Positions 37,072 through 48,361 of a stretch of DNA of 64,000 bases are shown one piece after another. The notes beneath the pieces are model-generated. The model was given only the letters and a program-made list of their open reading frames with translations, did not search any database and was not told the DNA's origin. The translations under genes were made by a program, and so were the position numbers. The stretch is from Oikopleura dioica (Eukaryota > Animalia > Chordata): NCBI GenBank assembly GCA_907165135.1, contig OU015567.1, forward strand, positions 11,718,001 through 11,782,000, in the 5' to 3' direction. Position 1 is the first letter of the stretch; each line of letters starts with the position of its first letter.

Positions 37072-39355
37072 CTATGATCCGTTCAATTCTTTGTAGAGTG
37101 AGTCGATAACTTCTTGGTAATGTTTCTGAATCGCTGGGCGTTTTGCTTTTTGAGTTGGCGTTAGGAGACCGTTTTCGATCTAAAGCACAATTGAATGTTT
37201 GAGAGAGGACAATTCTCCTACTGAAAAAGGTTCGGTCTCCAAGAAGCACGCCTTCGGAATTTCATGACCCTTGACTCCGTCTTTTCGTGCATAATCATTA
37301 AGCGCGCCGAGAAATTGAGCGGCCGTGTCGATATCGGCACACGCATCCTTGAAGCTTCGTCCTTTTCCATATTGCTTCATGAAGGACTCTTCATTTGGAA
37401 CGATGATTGCCACGTTCATCGCCTAGAATTTATTAGGCGGTTGATTTGATCCTAGTAAATTTACCTGGAGGGAGGATCCCGAGAGGAACATTTGCATGAT
37501 TTGCGTATGCTTCCCGTAGATGCCCTCGATTTTCTCCGGCGCGATATATTCGCCCTTAAAATTTGATTAACACGTCAGACTTGATGAGTGTAATCTACCT
37601 GAGCAGTTTTATAGATGTGCTTCTTCCTGTCAATAATTTTGATGGTCCCGTTCTCCAACCAGGTGCCAATATCGCCCGTGTGCAACCAGCCATCTTCATC
37701 GATAGTCTCAGCAGTCTTGCCAGGATCGTTGTAATAGCCTGATTGAATTATCGATGAGACACTTGACAGTGGTGAAGAGAAATTACCTTGCATGACGTTG
37801 TCGCCACGGAAGCAGATTTCTCCTTTTCCATCGCGCGCATAATAATCCATGTCGGGCACGTCAACAAGTTTAAGTTCGTTCCAAGGCTGGGGCACTCCAA
37901 CGCTGCCGTCTTCCTTTTGATAATTGGTGAAGGATGTCCCAGTGCCGCAGCCAACATTTTCAGTTTGACTATGAAAAGCTTATTATCGATCAAAGTGGCA
38001 ATATCTTACCCGTAGGCTTCGACAATGTAGCAGCCAAAAACCTCCTTTATAAATCCTTTAACTTTTGGATCCAAAGGAGCTGCGCCGCAGACCCAAGTGT
38101 GAACTCTTCCTCCAAGATTTTTCCTTGCTTTTCCTAGCGGAAGCCAATTCCACATGGTAAAACTCTCGACGTTTCCTTTATCAAGATGTTTTCGTTTCGC
38201 TTTTGTCGCTCTGTTGAACATGAAATTCTTTGCTCTGCTGTCTTCCATCTGATTTTGTATTTTTTCGTAGATTCTGTTCATCACTCTTGGGACTGATCCA
38301 AACACCGTTGGCCTAACATTTTTTATCTCCTGCATCATAGTCTTGATGTTGCCAGTGCCAAAGTACCAGGAGCCGCCAGCAAGCATCATAGTACAGTGGA
38401 CGCCGCGTTCGAAAATGTGAGCCATCGGCAAATAGCTGAACCACACATCGCTTGTTTTCCAAGGCTCTTTGACCGAGAAGATTGTAATGCCACAGCAGAC
38501 GGTGCAGATGTTCTTGTGAGTCAAGACGACGCCTTTCGGATCGCCAGTCGTGCCGGATGTATAATTGATCGTAGCAATGTCTGAATAGTGAAAATAAATG
38601 AATGCCCCTTTTTATCATTTTACCTGAAGAAGTCGGCGGAACATTATCAAACGAGCTGTCTTTTCCGATGGCAATGAAATCATCGAAACTTATGATTTTA
38701 TAATTGGAAGACTTGACCTTCTTGAATTTTTGAAACACAACGATTGTTTGAAGATGAGCAGGCTTGATTTTGAGAATGAGGTCAAGTTTCTTTTGATTTT
38801 GAACGAAGCAGATTGGAGCTTCAATCTGAAGAAACAGTATAAACAATCTCGTAAAGAAGTTTTTTACTTACGTGCTCAAGAATGTATTTGACTGCTTGTT
38901 CGCCAAAAGTATCGTAAAGCGAAACATTGCATATATTTTGATAGTATCCTCCAATGATTACTGCGTCGTATTCGTAGCAATTCGACGAGTAGATCGCAAT
39001 TTTGCTTTCTCCACTGATAAGTCCGTGCTTTTTCAGTGAATTCGCCAGGTATTGAGATGTTGCAGCGAACTCGCCATAAGTACGGGTCGTGTAATCTGTC
39101 AAATCTGGCGTCGGAGTGCCACAAATGATAGCATTATCACCGGCGGTTTCTCTTCCTCGTTGGAAGCACTCAAGAATCGTCTGAATAACTGTAAAGAAAG
39201 TTCTGAGTGATACGCTTTACCTGTGGAAAATCAGCTGGCAGAGTCCAAAGTCCTTTCTTCTCGCAGAGAATATTGTGTCTTGCGAAGGTTTCAGAATCTG
39301 CTTCATAACTTTGTGGCGCGTCAACGTAGTCTAATTTCTTGTTTCTGCTTTCCAT
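37072..39355 (-). CDS. Long-chain fatty acid-CoA ligase (ACSL1/5/6 family)
   Basis: [74 protein letters not shown]. Start codon approximate. Confidence 0.92.
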
Positions 39356-39747
39356 CTTTGCTTGAGCTTGATTTTTTCAAAACTGAAGGGAGAACTGTAA
39401 TACATAAATATACAAGCATCTTGTTCTAGAAAAAGAGATATTTTTCCTGGAAAACGGGCTAATGAAATAAAAACACAACACTCCTGCCGTGTCGCTCAAA
39501 CTGGGGCCCAAGTTTTAGTACTCATGAGAACTTGATCATATCATTCAATAGCCAATTTTATGAAATCAAACCGGCAATTTCAATAAATCAAGAGAAACAG
39601 AAGACAGATAAGCTTGTCAAAAAACTATGATTCGGCCAGTTCTACGCGTTTCAAATACCCCGCGGCGATATTTCTCATTCTTCTCCCTTTTTTCACTTTG
39701 CATTTTGTAGTACTCGCACTTTGTCTTATGTCGGGTAAAGAATTCAA

Positions 39748-41402
39748 ATGGAAAGCCCGGCAATTTTTCTCATGCTCTTAGCTTCATCCTTCGTTTTATA
39801 TATTCTTTTTCAAGATGAATTGTCTTCAAATGAGCTCGTCGTAGAGAAAATACCGGAGATTCTGCAGAGACAATGGTCAAAACAAACCTTGATAGCTTTT
39901 CTTCACATTGGAAAGACTGGTGGGACGTCTATCGATGCTACGGTAGAACCAATCGTCCGATTTCTTTCAAAGGCGCCTTACAGAAGAGGCTACCTCGGAC
40001 GCATTCACTTTGACTGGTCTTACTTGAAGAAGGCATTCTATGGTTATGATGTCGATGTGATTACAATGCTCCGTCACCCTGTCGACCGGGCCATCTCACA
40101 GTACTACTTTCACAAAAGTCTTCCTCGACAACAGACTGATTACGATTTCTTAAATTCGACTGTGGAATCGTTTTTTAGCAATTGGACAATGATGATGGAT
40201 CACAGGCGACGGATGTCACGTTTTTCGTGCCTTCGCGAATATGAAAATTTTTGATTGATAAAAGAAAGATTTACATCCTTCTCAGAACAATTTGGCAAGA
40301 CGGTCAGGGCGCTGTAGCCTGGTTTACAGGTACTCAGGGACGGATTTAAATAATAGCTTGTTGCGCACTCAAACGTCATTTGTACCAAAAACAAAAATTA
40401 CAAACCTAGTCATTCAAAATCCTCCAGACTGGCCACGTTGTTCATCACTCCGCAGATATACTAAAAGATAACCACCCATCTTTATGGGCTATTGAACGAG
40501 ATAAGAGAGAGTTGATGCTGTTGAATTCTACCTGGGCATGTCATTTGGCTGCGGACAGGCTGGAAGAGACTCTTTGGTTTGGAATCCTAGAGAAACTTGA
40601 CGAATCAATGGAACAGCTTTCTCGAGCGCTAGGATGGGGAAAGATAAAGATGGCACACAAGAGGCCAACAGTTCACAAAGGTGGAGCATCGGAACAACTC
40701 AAGAAAAGGATAGCTGTCTTGATGCCGATGGACATTTGGCTTTATGATTATGCTCTGGATTTATTTAATGCCAGGTAACTCCTTCTCAAGTTTGAGTTAT
40801 TTGACACTCTTCTGAAAGGAAAAATGACTTGATGCAGCCAAAAAGACCTCCATTACCGCAAACAGGGCCAGACTATTTGCATTCTCAAAGTTATTCTTTT
40901 TGCCGAAGATTCACTATTTATTGCTGTATGAATATTCACGACACGGAAATATTCAAATGAATGGAAAAGAATATCTTCCGTGAATTTTTGAAAAATTCGT
41001 GAATATCTCAAATATTCGCGAATGCTGCGCGCTCTGATTGGTCAAGCTCCGAGCCGGCGGCCGAATTAAATCGGGCCCTCAGGCTCACAGCTCGCGGCCG
41101 CCACCAAAACTGAAGCCCCGTCCCCGTCCGCTCAAAATTTTGTGAATATGCACGAGAATAGGCTAAAATGAATAGGCACGCATTTCTTTTTCGAAAAAGA
41201 ATATTCAAAGGCAATTTCGTGAATTTTTTCAAGAATGCAAATAGTCTGGCCCTGACCGCAAATCCGCTGTAGAGCAACGAGTAAAATATTTGCGTGCGAC
41301 TTGGGAACTGGATTTCCGACGAAGGTTCTTAAAGGAAAGCCGACAAAGAAGTATTTGGAGAAATTCCAGAAAATTGTAGATACAAATAGTACAGATGCAT
41401 GA
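39748..41402 (+). CDS. Type II membrane Golgi sulfotransferase (Sulfotransfer_2 / HS6ST-like motifs); last exon interrupted by a hAT MITE
   Basis: N-terminal anchor, 5'-PSB FLHIGKTGGTS, 3'-PB ITMLRHPVDRAISQY. Removing 40863-41262 restores an open last exon ending at TGA 41400-41402. Confidence 0.8.
40863..41254. mobile_element. 392-bp hAT-type MITE in a coding exon
   Basis: 8-bp TSD ACCGCAAA at 40855-40862 and 41255-41262. 23-bp perfect TIR CAGGGCCAGACTATTTGCATTCT. Confidence 0.92.
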
Positions 41403-41555
41403 ATGTATATTGCCAGCATGATTCTTCACTAAAAACTCAATCAGCCAATAAATGCTTTAGAATATTTTCCGCTTATATTTTAAAGTTCGCGCTTCGGGGA
41501 TTGACCGGTTGATAACATCACCGAAAATTCATTCCTGAATATTTCTTCAAAAATT

Positions 41556-42568
41556 ATGCATCGAGCAAGTTTGTGTTTTCTTGTTTGTCAAGTATTGTTC
41601 ATTTTAATTGCTTATAATATTATTATTTCAAATCGAGGAAAAAGAAAACAAACTAATATTTACATCGGCATTTTCGCCACATTCGACAATTTTGAACGAA
41701 GAGAAGCTCAGCGGGAAACTTGGCTGCTATCATCAAAATTTAAGCACAAGTTTTTAATAGGTAACTGAAATTAGAAATAAAACAGAGATTTAAAATATAG
41801 ATAACTGGACGCCTGAGTGGGCGCTAGAAAATAAAAAATATGGCGATATCATCAGTCTTAACTCAAGCTTCACTGGATACGCTTATGGCTTTGGGGATAA
41901 GCTTTACCGCTGGTTCAGATATGCAAAGGAGAATTTCCCGGAAGGAACGATCGTTGGAAAAAGCGACGATGATTTTTACGCATGCTCGAATCTATACGAA
42001 GTGGTCCTTGAAAACATTCACCCGCGCATGTACTTTGGTTGGTGGCATTTTCTTGAAGAAGCGGGAGAGTTGAAAATGCCGAGCAAAAGAATAAGAGTTG
42101 ACAGCCAGTTTGTTCTCATTGGGTGGGATCTACTTTTGATAGTCCTAAATAAGCCATACTGCCATCCGTCAATCGACGGAGAAACCTGTAACATAACAAA
42201 TCCAGATGTTCGATACGATACAAATAGCGGTGGTTCTGCTTTGGGAACCTGGTTGGGCCATATCGGCGATATTCACGGAATTCAGTAAGAGAACTCTTCA
42301 AAAACACACTGCTAAACGCTTTAGAATGAATAAACGAATGGCACACACGAAGGCATACGAAAGTAAAGCTATTTTTAATGAGTACAAAGATCCGACAACA
42401 AAACCATACTGCGGAGAAATGGTTTCATACCACAAAGCGACACCTGAGCTACAACGATATCTCGAATGCTTCGACCAAGATATCGCCGCTTCAAAAATAT
42501 TCTGTTTAAAAGCTAAAAATCTGACGGCTTATGATCTGATAAAAAGCCCTAAGAAGGGCAAAAATTGA
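41556..42568 (+). CDS. GT31-family (beta-1,3-galactosyltransferase-like) glycosyltransferase
   Basis: N-terminal anchor, RREAQRETW, ENKKYGDI, VGKSDDDFY (DxD). Two short GT-AG introns. Confidence 0.75.
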
Positions 42569-42724
42569 TCCTTCTATCTTGTCTTTAGTTTCGAGTCGAC
42601 TGTCTGCTAGGATAAATTCCGACGTCATAATTTAGTTTTTTAACCGGGTATACATCTTATTAGGAAAATCAGCATATAAACAGCTTTTTCTCCGCATTTG
42701 TCTATTTCTCTTCATTTGCAGAGT

Positions 42725-44916
42725 ATGTCCGGCAATATCAGCATCGCCCATGAAAATTATACCGAAAACTTTTTTCTACAGAATATTACTTTGACTGATT
42801 ACCTCACAGAGCGTGAAATAAGAGCGTTTAAAAATCGTTGGAATGCCAAGAATATTTGCAACAAGCATATAGAAAGATACCACGAAAGTGTATCAAAGGG
42901 AGCTAGAAGTAAATCACACTGCCCTCCACTTCACCATAAACTCAGCTGCCTTCAAGCTGATTCGGACTATCGTTACGGAGATGTTGTCAGGTAACTCTTG
43001 AGAGTGATTTTTTAATAAATCGAAAAAGACAAGTTTGGGATGAATCGCAAGATCTGTGCATGTGGTTCTGTTGTGGAACAAAAGAAAGCTGCTGTACGAA
43101 CCATGAACCTATCCCGAATCAATCCGGGCACAGATACAATTGGTTTGAGCTTTCCAGTATCGAATGCACGAAAACTATTCCCGTATCTTGCGACTCCAAG
43201 CTGATGTTAAAAAACTATACAGAAATCATAGAAGAAGAAATCCTTCCTGAAGAGAGTCTTCAGTCCGATGCAATTAAAAAACACTTGACAATAGCTTATA
43301 TTGGCTTCGCTTCTTCTATGGTCGCCTTGGTCCCTGCCTTCATTATTTTTATTGTCATGGTTCAGTTAACTATACTTCTATAAAAATATACAAAACAGAA
43401 CCATACCAAGCTGTGAAGTCTTTAAGACACCTGATCAATTTTATACACTGCAATCTTATGATTTCGTTCATAATTCGCAGCGCTTTTTTCATCCCAGGAA
43501 TAGTTATTATCGATAAATTATGATCGAGGCGATACGTTTTTTGACGCTTTGAGTAACTGTCGCTCAGCCTTCGATTCCGCTGATGAAACAAGAACTCACC
43601 TCATTGAAAACCTAAGAATAATTTCTAATGGAACAAAAGATTTCCGCAACGTTGATGCTCAAGAACTACCTGGTCAGGTCCATGGTTAAGAATATTTTAA
43701 GTTCTGCGAAATCAAAGAGACTGAAAAATTCTGACCATCGGAAGATCTTGGTAAAAGAAAACTCAAACTACGAGCTCGTGGAAATCGGGAATTTTGTGTC
43801 GAGATGTCGAGTTTTATGGAAATGATTTCTTAGAAAACCTGACATTGCAAGTCCTTTCAAAGGTTTTGAAATCACAGAAGATTGTTTTTCTTTTCGCGAG
43901 GATGTCGAATCACTTCTGGCTTCTAAATGAGGGTCTCTTTCTTTTAGAGCGGCTTGTTTTGAATGTTTTTGAGCCCTCAAACTCAGGTAGATTTTGAACC
44001 AATTCTTCGTTTATGAACATTTTCAGGAATATTGAGGCGATGGCAAACTTACGCTATAATTGGCTGGGTTGTTCCCTTCGTTTATATTTCCTCGTGCATT
44101 TGGGTTTTAGCAAAAGATAACGGTCAAAATAATAATTAATTTAAATCATAAATGTTTTGGTTTAGACGCAGCATGCTGGGATGACCTCTACGACGATCAG
44201 TACACCTTCAAGATGATAAATATTCCAATCATCATATGCGTTGTGGTCAATTTTCTCATCTTTGCCCGGCTCATGTGCTTGATGGTGCCGTTGAATAATT
44301 ATGGAAATCCATCATCAGCGCTTTTGAACAATCACATGATGCGCTTGATTCGCTCCATTTTTATGCTAATTCCTCTCCTAGGCCTCCACTTTATGTAACT
44401 TCAATAACGCTAAAAAGAGACGAGAGACGTTTTAGAGTTTTTCTTTTTATCAATCTCGGCGCTGTTCTGAGCAAGAAAGATGGCAAGCTACCCGAATCGC
44501 TCCAAACAGTCAACCTCTTCTTTGATGTCATCCTCACTTCCTTTGAAGGCCTGGCCGTAGCACTGCTTTACTGTTATTTCAACACTGAGGTTCGGAAAGC
44601 GCTGTGGAATATGATTTTCAGTTCTTGGTCCAAAAATAAACAGCGGTTGAAAGGAAGTAGTTCGTTTTTGATCAAGACTCAGATCTGGAATGTCAGCCTC
44701 GAGAAGAATGTCTACTGTGTTGTCAACGAAGAACAGTATCTTACGAAAGCAGAGCACTCAAGGTATCCATCAGGAAAGTTCTGGGAATAAGGCCTATTAG
44801 ATTCGGATACGATCTCACAAAGCTTCGACAGAAGAAGATCAACAGATACTCGACGCTCAATCTTTTCGGCAAGACCGTCAATTGCTTATGAAAATTCTGG
44901 TTCGACTCTAACCTGA
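42725..44916 (+). CDS. Class B1 (secretin/calcitonin-like) GPCR with divergent ectodomain
   Basis: TM1 IAYIGFASSMVALVPAFIIF, TM2 LINFIHCNLMISF, ACWD, NIPII..VVNF, LIPLLGLHF, SFEGLAVALLYCYFNTEV, Ser/Thr-rich tail. Confidence 0.85.
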
Positions 44917-45134
44917 ACTTCCTGAACTCAAAATATAAGACTTTACATGTCAATTATTAAGAAGTAAATACTTAATCAAGATTCCTCAAAAATAAAAGAA
45001 GAGTTTTCAGTTATTTCCTAAAAGACAAGTTTATTGCGGATCCAAGAAAATAGAGCGTTAAAGATCAGTGAAAAATTTCTTTCGATAAATGACAAGTAAG
45101 GTGCAGGGATAATTAAATAACTTGATAGAACGAA

Positions 45135-47255
45135 TCAAACGAGTAAGTGGAGCTTGTTCCCCTCCATAAAACCAATGTCACATTGCTCAGGGTCAAGATC
45201 TTCGGACAAGTCTTCATATTTTTCAATGCATAACTCGTCTGAAAGTATAAGAAAAAGCTGAGGGCTACTTTGATTACCAAGTTTAATAAGCGGCAGTGTA
45301 GTTTCTTCATCACTTTCCTGCGGAAAGTCAATTTTTGTCGACAGCTTGTCAGACTTTGCCATCAACTGCTCGATAACGTCAATCGTGAATGTAAACACTT
45401 TAGATTTTTTGTGTTCCGGCTTCAAAGCAAGATGAACAAATCCTCTGGTACCGATTTTGACAAGAGCTTCTTTCGTCATTTCTCCTCGCTCAAAAAAGCA
45501 GAGATAGCTAACACAGTCCGGATTCTCTTCACAATCGTCAGTATCCGGGTTCTGCAAGTATCCAAAAACTAGCTGCTTCGATAGGGTGCAATAAGGATTA
45601 TCCACTTCTCTCACGTAGTAAATACGGGATCCATAGAGGCCATAAAATGCAGTCTCTGCCCAGAAACATGTTGGGAAGATGTAGGAACTTACTTTTCTCT
45701 GCTTCAAGTCGACGTGGACCATTTTGTCATCTCCTTCATTGTCGAAGACTTCAGCGATGATAAGCCAATGACTATCGTCGATGAACCTGGCGAACATGTT
45801 ATAACAACCGCGGTATTTGCCCTTGAGATTCAAATCATACGTCCAGATATTTTTCCTCTTTCCGCCAGAAAAACTCACAAAGTCGACAGTTCTTGTGATT
45901 GATCGAACCTCGTTGTCGTCATCATCACTGTCCTCATCATCGTCATCTTCAGATGGATCACTCTTCACAACGGGATGAATACTTTTTTGTGGGTTGGCGA
46001 TAAAATCACGCCACGTTCTTTGGCGAGAAAAGTTGAAGCTCATCTTTTTAATATCGCTATCTGACAAGCACCACGTTGTTGAATCGGTGTCTAAACGAAA
46101 TTGCGGTTGACAGAGAGATTCAAACGAATTCGTACCTTCAACAAGCATCTGAAGATTGATTTGCTTTGCTGTCAATGCCTGTGAGAAGAAGATAAAAGGC
46201 TCAAGCATTCCGGAAAACATTGTCCCGGCGAGAGAGAAGGAATTTTTAACAAGTTCAACTTTTGGTTCGTTGTCGTCTCGATTGATTTTGAAGAAGAGCA
46301 AATCACCCTCCGTGGCAGGGCGGTATAATTTGCATTCTTGTAAATAGTCTTTTTTCCGAAGACTATTCATTTATTCTTATAAGATTAATCTCGACGCGAG
46401 ATTAGTCTGTTTGAATAAAAAAGATTAATTCGGGAAATTTTCGAAATAGTTCCGAGATTATTTCAAATAATCTTGAAACGCGCGCTGTGATTGGTGGACC
46501 AATGGCCGACGGCGCGAGAGAAAAATGAAACTCAAACATGCTTGGAGCGCAGCTTGAAATTTTGTCCGCGCCGCCTCGCACTGCTCACAGCTCGCCAGCG
46601 CCACCAAAATTTTTCCCCCGAGCCACGCGACCCTCGCTAAAAAGATTAATCTCGAAACTAGTCCAGTCTTGACTAATCTCAGAATCTTTTTCCAAAGAAG
46701 ATTAATCTCGCAAATTTTCGAGATTATTTACAAGAATGCAAATTATACCGCCCTGCTCCGTGGACTCATTCTCAAAACCCTTCGGTTTTGACTCTTTCGT
46801 TGTTACAAGCTACAAACAACTTTCAATGCTTATCAAATGAGTTCTATTTACATATGATCGAGAGAACTTGACAAACGGTTCATCTTTGCTGAATTCAATG
46901 CTTGCTTTCCGCTTCAAACTTTTTTGTTGTTTTTCAAGTCAAGTCGTTTTTGGATGATCTTAGCAACTTCCGATAGTCTATCAGGCTTTCTTTTGTTTTC
47001 CATGTAAAATTCCTGTCCAAGGAGCTCAAGAATTACATCGCTCTTGTAATGGCGATTGAGAAGGTAGCTACAGAAGTCGACGCTGGTGAGTGAATCGAAG
47101 CTACTGTACCCATCTTCGATTTTTTCCAACACTAATGGTGCAATAAGCGCGAGGACATCAAATGACATGCGTTTGAAAATAAGCTCAGACAAAATAACAG
47201 AGTGCGGATGATCCTGCATCCCTTTGAGGATCGAACGACGAGCCTTGTCCGCCAT
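45135..47255 (-). pseudogene. Unknown protein gene, apparently one locus split by a homopolymer frameshift and a hAT MITE (pseudogene, null allele or assembly error)
   Basis: ORF 46914-47255 joins the next frame with one extra A in the run at 46920-46925. A 42-nt GT-AG intron follows. Removing the MITE joins ..FENEST to EGDLLFFK.. of ORF 45135-46370. No family recognised. Confidence 0.5.
46316..46755. mobile_element. 440-bp hAT-type MITE in a coding exon, same family as 40863-41254
   Basis: 8-bp TSD CTCCGTGG at 46308-46315 and 46756-46763. 31-bp perfect TIR CAGGGCGGTATAATTTGCATTCTTGTAAATA. Confidence 0.92.
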
Positions 47256-48361
47256 TCTAACGCACCTTTCATAATGTTTTGTGAAACCTGCATAGAAATG
47301 AAAACAAAAATGACTGATCGTCGAGCCAGAGCAGCCAAAAATGAGATATTATATTTTGAATTTAATAATTTTGATAAAATAGTACAGGACTGAATTTGAA
47401 AAAAGATGATCTACGTGGTGCAACCCGGCAAGTTTCAAAGGCAGAGCATATCGCGGAGCTGTATTGTTAACATAATATGGGATTGAGTGCTGTATATTTT
47501 CTCGCAGAAATTATTCTTTTTTTTTTACTTTGATGCCGAAATGAGTGCTTTAGTTTTTTGTTTGTTTCGAAGGAATCAGTAACTGTTATTTTAAGAGTGG
47601 AGCAGTGTTCATAACGAGGGGCTTTCGAGTTTTGAGCTGATAGAGAATGATAGTTTAGATCTAACTTGTGAATAAAAGCGTAGCTAAAAACGTCTTTGAA
47701 ATCAAGGAAGAGAATGTCTTAGAACATAGTTCAAAGTTCAAAAAGAATGTAATGGAATAAATAAAAAGTAAAAAAGTATGGTAGATGTAGATAGGTTCAA
47801 ATTGATGATCACAGTATTGAATACCGTGAATGGAATTATTCAAGGACTTACTTTCATAGTTGATTAAAATTTAAAGAGCGTGTGTTCAAGTCAAAATGCT
47901 TTTATTGTGTTGAATTTTGAATGAATGAATGATAATTCGAAAATTCGTCATGTAGCGGCCGGTAAAATACTTTGAGTACAAGTTTGTTATATATTTACAG
48001 GTAGAGCAGTATTTCGAATGCATATATATTTTTATTTGGTTTTGTTGATGGGTTTGATCACGTGACAGCGAAAGAAACAAAGATGTGGTTTTAGTAAAGT
48101 TAGAAATAGTAAACTTGATGACGGTGATAAAAGCGAAATGGGACGAAGAAGAGGACACCGCCAGCTGGAGTAGTTTGCGATTTACAGTGAGGTCATTTTA
48201 ATAAAAAAGAAGAGTGAACATTATTATTTTTTACCAACAGAAAAAGAGGGTTGAGCCTAGCACAGACTAGAACGTCACAAAACATGTACCAAAAATAAGA
48301 AGAACCACTGTTTTAGCAGTATCAGCACTAGTGAAAGCAGTTGACAGCGGGCGAAAGCGGC

